Part shown: positions 57,774 to 64,000 of the stretch, one piece after another | Position numbering within the stretch: the stretch's first letter is position 1 | How the letters are laid out: the number at the start of each line of letters is the position of its first letter | Assembly (NCBI GenBank): GCA_044892525.1 | Contig: CM097885.1 | Span: 50,408,001 to 50,472,000 of the forward strand | DNA from: Schmidtea polychroa | Taxonomy: Eukaryota | DNA: 64,000 bases | Direction: 5' to 3' | The notes under the pieces: model-generated | What the model was told of the DNA's origin: nothing | The model's input: the letters and a program-made list of their open reading frames with translations, nothing else | Database searches by the model: none | Program-made: the position numbers and the translations under genes

Positions 57774-59337
57774 TACGGTCCCCCATTTTATTGTTCCCGA
57801 AATGAGGGTAGCCTAGTGGTACCATACGGTCATCTAGACTGCTTGGGAGCTTGCACTAGCAGCAATAATCTTTAGTCATCAGCGATCAACTATTCTTTAA
57901 ACCAAACGTCATATTAAGATGATGCATACAAAGTTGATACAAACGGCAAATACAGCTCGAGAAAAGCGCATTGATGCAATACATGGACGAAAATTCTCAA
58001 TATCAAAACCAAACTCATGTTTTTATGTGAGCTTAAATAACAAGGCCAAGATTCCATTAGTTTTAGGAGCTGTAACAAAACAAGCGTCAATCCCGATACA
58101 ACTTGACTATAAAATATGTCTTCCAGATCACTACTTCTTTTTTGTTACTCGATTTGAACTTATACTATCCGTTGTACAGCTTGCAACATTTTTTCAGAGA
58201 GGTCTATTGACGCCATATTGTATTCTGGAACAACATATATAGCTATTCGATACACGAAACACGACAGGTAGGCTTTTAAACTTGGTTGTAATTAAGAGCA
58301 TCAGCTTGATCTTGAAAGTTTCAAACCTCCGTGTGAGCTCCTGAATTTCAAGTGAAGGCCATTTTTATGGTAGCAATCGACGGAAGTCCAGATAAAAATC
58401 CCAGATTTCCAAAGACTTTAAAAGTTCCTAGTAGATAGATGAGGTTTCTCAGATGCATTAACATGCGTACTAAAATGGTCATGGGGTAACTCAGTAGTAT
58501 TATATGTCGTTCCGCTGCCTTAAGCTGAATATTGTGGTACATACGTGCTTGGCAAAAAAGATCGAAATTCCAAGCAACTAACCTGTCAACAGTGACAGCA
58601 GGTAGATGGGACCTTTTTAGCTTAATATGAGTTATTGTTTGAGCAAAAATATCTCATATATAGAGTAGAGAATCTTGTTGACAACAACTTTTCGTATTTC
58701 TATCAGAAATAAGCGTGATCCAAGAAAAAAGAGATTGTGTGAGTTGGACACACTGTACCAGCGTTTTTCAACGCAAAACTAACTTAAAAACTTTGATGAC
58801 ATGGTTTGTGAAGTATTTCTAGTATTGACTTTGGTTATTGATTTTAAAGTGCAGAATGTTTCAACAAGTGTTAATGGTGTTTACATATATATATTATTGT
58901 TAAAACCTTTGATGGAACGTGAAGGCTATCGCATCATAGAATTAATTTAAAGACTTAATTTTGTAATTTTTCCAATGTTTTCACTAATTTTTATATATTT
59001 GATAAATCCTTCAATTAAAATTAAATTAAGTCTATAATTTTATATAATCTGGTTATCTTCAAGTTACCGATCTATTGTTAGTTAATTAAAAAAACTAATA
59101 ATTGCGATAAATTATAAAGGCAAAAATTAATAAATAAAAATTATTTGATAGTTTTATTCAATGATATTTAAAATATAAATCATCATCTATAAAACGAAAA
59201 CAAGATATGATAAACTAAAATGAAAATAAAAGCTCCTAAATTGTCAAAACTTAACAAAAGATTTATATTAATAAATGCCCGATAAATTATGCTTTTGAAT
59301 AACAATGAACTTTTCTTTCATTTCCTGAAAACAACTC

Positions 59338-60392
59338 ATATAAATATAATATAAATATATTACAAATATAATATAATATAATAAAAAAATAATACAAATA
59401 TAATATAAATAAAATATTAATATAATAAAAATATAATATAAATAAAATATAAATATAATATAAATATAATATAAATAAAATATAAATATAATATAAATAT
59501 AATATAAATAAAATATAAATGTAATATAAATATAATATAAATAAAATATAAATATAATTAAAATATAATATAAATATAATATAAATATAATAAAAATATA
59601 ATATAAATAAAATATAAATATAATATAAATATAATAAAAATATAATATAAATATAATATAAATAAAATATAATATAAATATAATATAATATAAAATAAAT
59701 AAAATATAAATATAATAAAAATATAATATAAATATAATATAAATATAATATTAATATAATAAAAATATAATATAAATAAAATATAAATATAATATAAATA
59801 TAATATAAATAAAATATAAATATAATATAAATATAATATAAATAAAATATAAATGTAATATAAATATAATATAAATAAAATATAAATATAATTAAAATAT
59901 AATATAAATATAATATAAATATAATAAAAATATAATATAAATAAAATATAAATATAATATAAATATAATAAAAATATAATATAAATATAATATAAATATA
60001 ATATAAATAAAATATAATATAAATATAATATAATATAAAATAAATAAAATATAAATATAATAAAAATATAATATAAATATAATATAAATATAATATAAAT
60101 ATAATATAAATAAAATATAATATAAATATAATATAATATAAAATAAATAAAATATAAATATAATAAAAATATAATATAAATATAATATAAATATAATATA
60201 AATATAATATAAATAAAATATAAATGTAATATAAATATAATATAAATATAATAAAAATATAATATAAATATAATATAAATAAAATAGAAATATAATATAA
60301 ATATAATAAAAATATAATATAAATATAATATAAATAAAATATAAATATAATATAAATATAATATAATATAAATATAATATAAATATAATATA
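59338..60392. repeat. Nearly pure A/T minisatellite (ATAAATATAAT-type units), ~1 kb
   Basis: Direct observation; only a handful of G/C bases. Confidence 0.95.
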
Positions 60393-60519
60393 ACTCAAAG
60401 TCAACAAATATAGTCATTTATAAAATGTAGTTAAAAAGTAGTTTGAATTTAATATTAATTAAATTTCTGACTTTCAGAACACCAAAATCGTTCATCACAG
60501 AATTTAATTGGAAATTCAA

Positions 60520-63500
60520 TTAGCATTCTATTTCAGCATTGAAAAATTGAATTAAATTTTCCAATTTATACGTATCTAAGACTTGAATAAGATTTTTAAC
60601 ATTGGAACGGACATCTTTGCCTTGTAATTTGTATTTATCGATATACAAATCTGTGATGATACCTGCAAATAATATTTCCGATAATTATTATCAATAAATT
60701 GAATGTCCAAGCGCAAATTCCATTGATTATCAATTATTTTATTGGCTGATCCAATTACATTCAAGCAACGGCAACAGTTAAAGTGGAATATAAAATACAG
60801 TAAACCCTGTCTAATATTACAAGTATTGTAGTAAAACAAAATTATTTTTTCGAATAAAATTTTAAAACTGTTTTTTACATTTGTAAAGAAATAGGCTACA
60901 TTCAAACTTTCATTTCTTCAGAAAAATCAGATCACGAAATCTAACTCAAATTTCGGAAATCAGCGATATTCAAAATCCAATGAATGTTCATGGTTTTATT
61001 AATTATTATTGCTCCTAAAAATGAATTTTCCCCCATAATTTGTAGAAGTTCAGAATTGTAATGATACATTTTGTAATCAAGTTAATCAAAGGTGATAAGT
61101 GAATTTGAGATTAATGATGTTTGGAAAAAGTTTTAGGAACGATAAAATTTTTAAAAAATAATACAAATGTCAAACTAAATATTCATTTCGAATTATTTAT
61201 TTTAGAGGTTTTTTAGAAAATAAAAATATTGAAAAAATAACATATTATTTTTATTTGGAAATTGATTTTTTTCATTAAATTCAGATAATCGTGTTAAATT
61301 TGGGATGCATTTTGTCGATTTTAACTGCGCAAGAGCTTTCAAAATTTCATCTGAAAGTCTACTTTAGTATCTATTTTGAATGAAATTTATCGATGAAACA
61401 AATTGTTCGCAATTATATGTCGAGCCGAAAATTCTTAATAGGTCGAAAATAAACTTTCTCGAATTTGGATAAATATTTGTCAGTGAATTCCAGGATTTAA
61501 ATATAATATTCTCTGATGTATCTTTCATTGTTGATTCATTAATTGTGTGTGGTTATTGAGTTGGTGATAGAATTAGACCTCTTACTATGACTCCAAGCGT
61601 GTCTTTGACTGCCACACAAATAACAATTAACACTGGAAACTTTATTGAATATCACAAATATTTTCACAATGGTACAATTGACTCAACAAGCTGACTATTA
61701 TACCGTGCTTATTATAACACTAAGGTGAGGAATAGCACACTCGTATAACTTTGATTTGTCAAACCTCTCACAACTGAGGAGTGTAATAATTGGTAATTTT
61801 AACTGGTTGTTCTCTGATTTTGACTCGGTTTTTCTCGCCTAACTTTATTCTTTTATCAACTGAATGAACTCTTTGCTGATTCTCTTTTATTTCTGTTTTC
61901 TTTTTAGTTTCACTGCTTCAATTTTATTCAATTATTTCTTTTAAATTTTTCTCTCAATTTTCTCCTCTATCTTTTCTTCTGCCGCTTCTGCTGTGCCACC
62001 TCCTTTTATACCTTGTCAATTTGTGGCACTTCAGATAATCAAATGTTTTCCCATTTTCTTTCTCCTGCTTTCCCCGACTGTACCATTTTTATCTCTGACA
62101 GCTGTCAAGTTATTTTCCCTTTATTTTGTTTGACCGACTTCTCCCATTAATTCTGTTATCAGTGGAAAGCTGTCGAGATAAGGATATTGTTGTTTTCCCT
62201 TTTCCCCGATTTCAAAATTCCTTTTCCTTTTTGTACTAATTAATTAGTACTGACCTTGGTTTTTATTTTCCTGTTTGATTCCTTTTATTTCCTTTATCCT
62301 TCTCATTTTTAATTTCTTTTTACTTCCGTTTTCTTTTCTGAGTTCCAATAGATCGTCCCGTTTGTCATGGCGATCTTCCCCCAGGTAATTTTATTTATTT
62401 CTTTATAAATTGTTATTTAGGTATCATCAACAATTGTAACCTGTGTTGGCATATTTTCAAATTTATCAACCTAAATACTTCTATTTTTGATTTCTAGAAA
62501 TTCTAACTGTATTCGAAATGAATGTGTGAAAGGGAGAGAATAAATCAACAGAAGATAAAGATTAATTTTTTTTGAAAAAAATCTTGGAAGAAAAATAAAA
62601 ATTTGTCATTGATAGATTTAATGATATTTACAATATTTATGAGAGCTGCTATTTCCCGACTCCTAACATAAGGCATTGGATGAAAAAAACATTACTGAGA
62701 GTGGTACCTTTTTTATAAAGATCTCGGAAAGGACATAAGTCAAGATAGTCACACATCGAATCACAATTACAACAATGGATTTTGAATTTAAGACATAAAC
62801 GTCTTATGGAGTTTCAATTACTTCAATGAAATTTATATAAATAGATTATAACTTCATTCAATTTCACCTGAATGTATCGTTATTGGTTTAGAAAAGCATT
62901 TGTAGTTTGAGAAATTTGTAGAAATGAAAATGATGATAAAGAAATCAACTCTTTCAATGTGGTTAATTAATCTTCCAGAAACAATTCTATCATTATTAAA
63001 ATGTGAAAATATGTATCAATAAATAAACTCAGTGTTATTTAGAAAAAATTATTTATACAGAAATTTCAGATAAAATGAAAAAATAATTTTATCTTGATAA
63101 ATTTAAATATTAAAATTATCGATTGTCAATAACGATTTCTTTAATTATTAAAATATATAATTTTTACTCATCTATTTCAAATCAATTTCGTTTTCAAAAT
63201 AATTATTTCATTTTCCTAATACTATAATTTGGCTGACAAATTATAAGTAAAATATAAGATAAAATTTCATTTTATTTTTTATTATATTTTTTTCTTAGTT
63301 AGCTTGTATTTTATATTTATTAATTACAAATTTGTTTAAAAAATTCTTCTAAAACAGAATATTAAATAGGTTTAATAAACACTCCTAAATTCAACTTACC
63401 ATATAGTCTTTCTAAGTGACACGGCTGCTTTTTAAATTGTTCTTTTAGATCATTAGCATTTTCTAAAATATCACAGTAATCTTTGGATAAAAAGGTATCA

Positions 63501-63633
63501 GCATCAGCATTTTCGTTAGTTTTCAATTCTTTTAATGGATCAATTAGCTGGACCTTTTTGGCCAACAAAAGTAGAGAATCAATTTTTGGATGAATCAAAC
63601 GAAGAATATATTCAATACTTTTATCATTTATGT
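60520..63633 (-). CDS. BBS7: Bardet-Biedl syndrome 7 protein, last two exons (63633-63400, 60662-60520); gene starts beyond the window
   Basis: LIHPKIDSLLLLAKKVQLIDPLKEL...FKKQPCHLERLY|GIITDLYIDKYKLQG matches the BBS7 C-terminus; phase-compatible GTAAGT donor (63399) and TTTGCAG acceptor (60663). Confidence 0.93.
61546..62432 (-). mobile_element. Solo LTR of family E (887 bp) in the last BBS7 intron
   Basis: Minus strand TGTTGATG...CCACACA, 4-bp TSD ATTG (61542-61545, 62433-62436), homologous to 46520-47181. Confidence 0.8.
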
Positions 63634-64000
63634 CTAAATGACAAAATGAATAATAATAATAATAATATTGATAATAATAGTAATAATAATTGTATTTATT
63701 AAAAAATTGACTATGAATCAGTAAAGATATCGATGTTTTTTAGATATTCACGAATTTTCGGCACAGCCTTTTTCAAGTGATTTTTCATAATAAAATTAAA
63801 TAATAATAATATTAATAATTATGATATAATAATAATATAGTAATAACGATAATAATTATAATAATAACAATAATAATGATAATAATAATAATAATAACAA
63901 TAATAATAATTGACAAGGACTATCTTATTGTCGAAAATTTTTTCATTAAATACCTTATTCGCAGCAAAACGCTTAAATTATCACTTAATTGTTTTAAATA

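Noticed and set aside
59287..60417. 376-aa and 171-aa Ile/Tyr/Phe-rich ORFs
   Set aside because: Artefacts of translating an AT-only minisatellite.

Overview
Very AT-rich eukaryotic (animal) genomic DNA with short 46-53 nt GT-AG introns and long (ATT)n microsatellites, consistent with a planarian-like flatworm genome (inference only). Host genes reconstructed by hand: a complete 6-exon prolyl 4-hydroxylase alpha subunit (minus, 4493-6979), a 2-exon ENPP4/5-like ectonucleotide pyrophosphatase with an 11.2 kb transposon-filled intron (plus, 34988-47752), the last two exons of BBS7 (minus, 60520-63633) and two hypothetical genes. Most of the rest is nested transposable elements: a young 14.5 kb gag-only LTR retrotransposon (TSD TTAG, tRNA-Pro-like PBS), several solo LTRs of related families with TGTTG...CAACA ends, an intact hAT (hATm-like) transposon, two Merlin elements, a split RT/REL-type non-LTR retrotransposon, a Tc1/IS630-like relic and several MITEs. 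The most striking signal is a set of RNA secondary structures conserved by compensatory substitutions across at least five otherwise divergent LTR families. These are a multi-hairpin U5 domain with a bulged ANYWYCAA hairpin (8 copies), a second structured module downstream of the TATA box, and U3-tip/R long-range pairing. A 4.2 kb solo LTR also carries its own putatively spliced and polyadenylated ORF with an arginine-rich motif. Together these suggest a possible Tat/Rev-like RNA-protein regulatory system in a retrotransposon lineage (hypothesis). LTR family letters A-F are my own labels.
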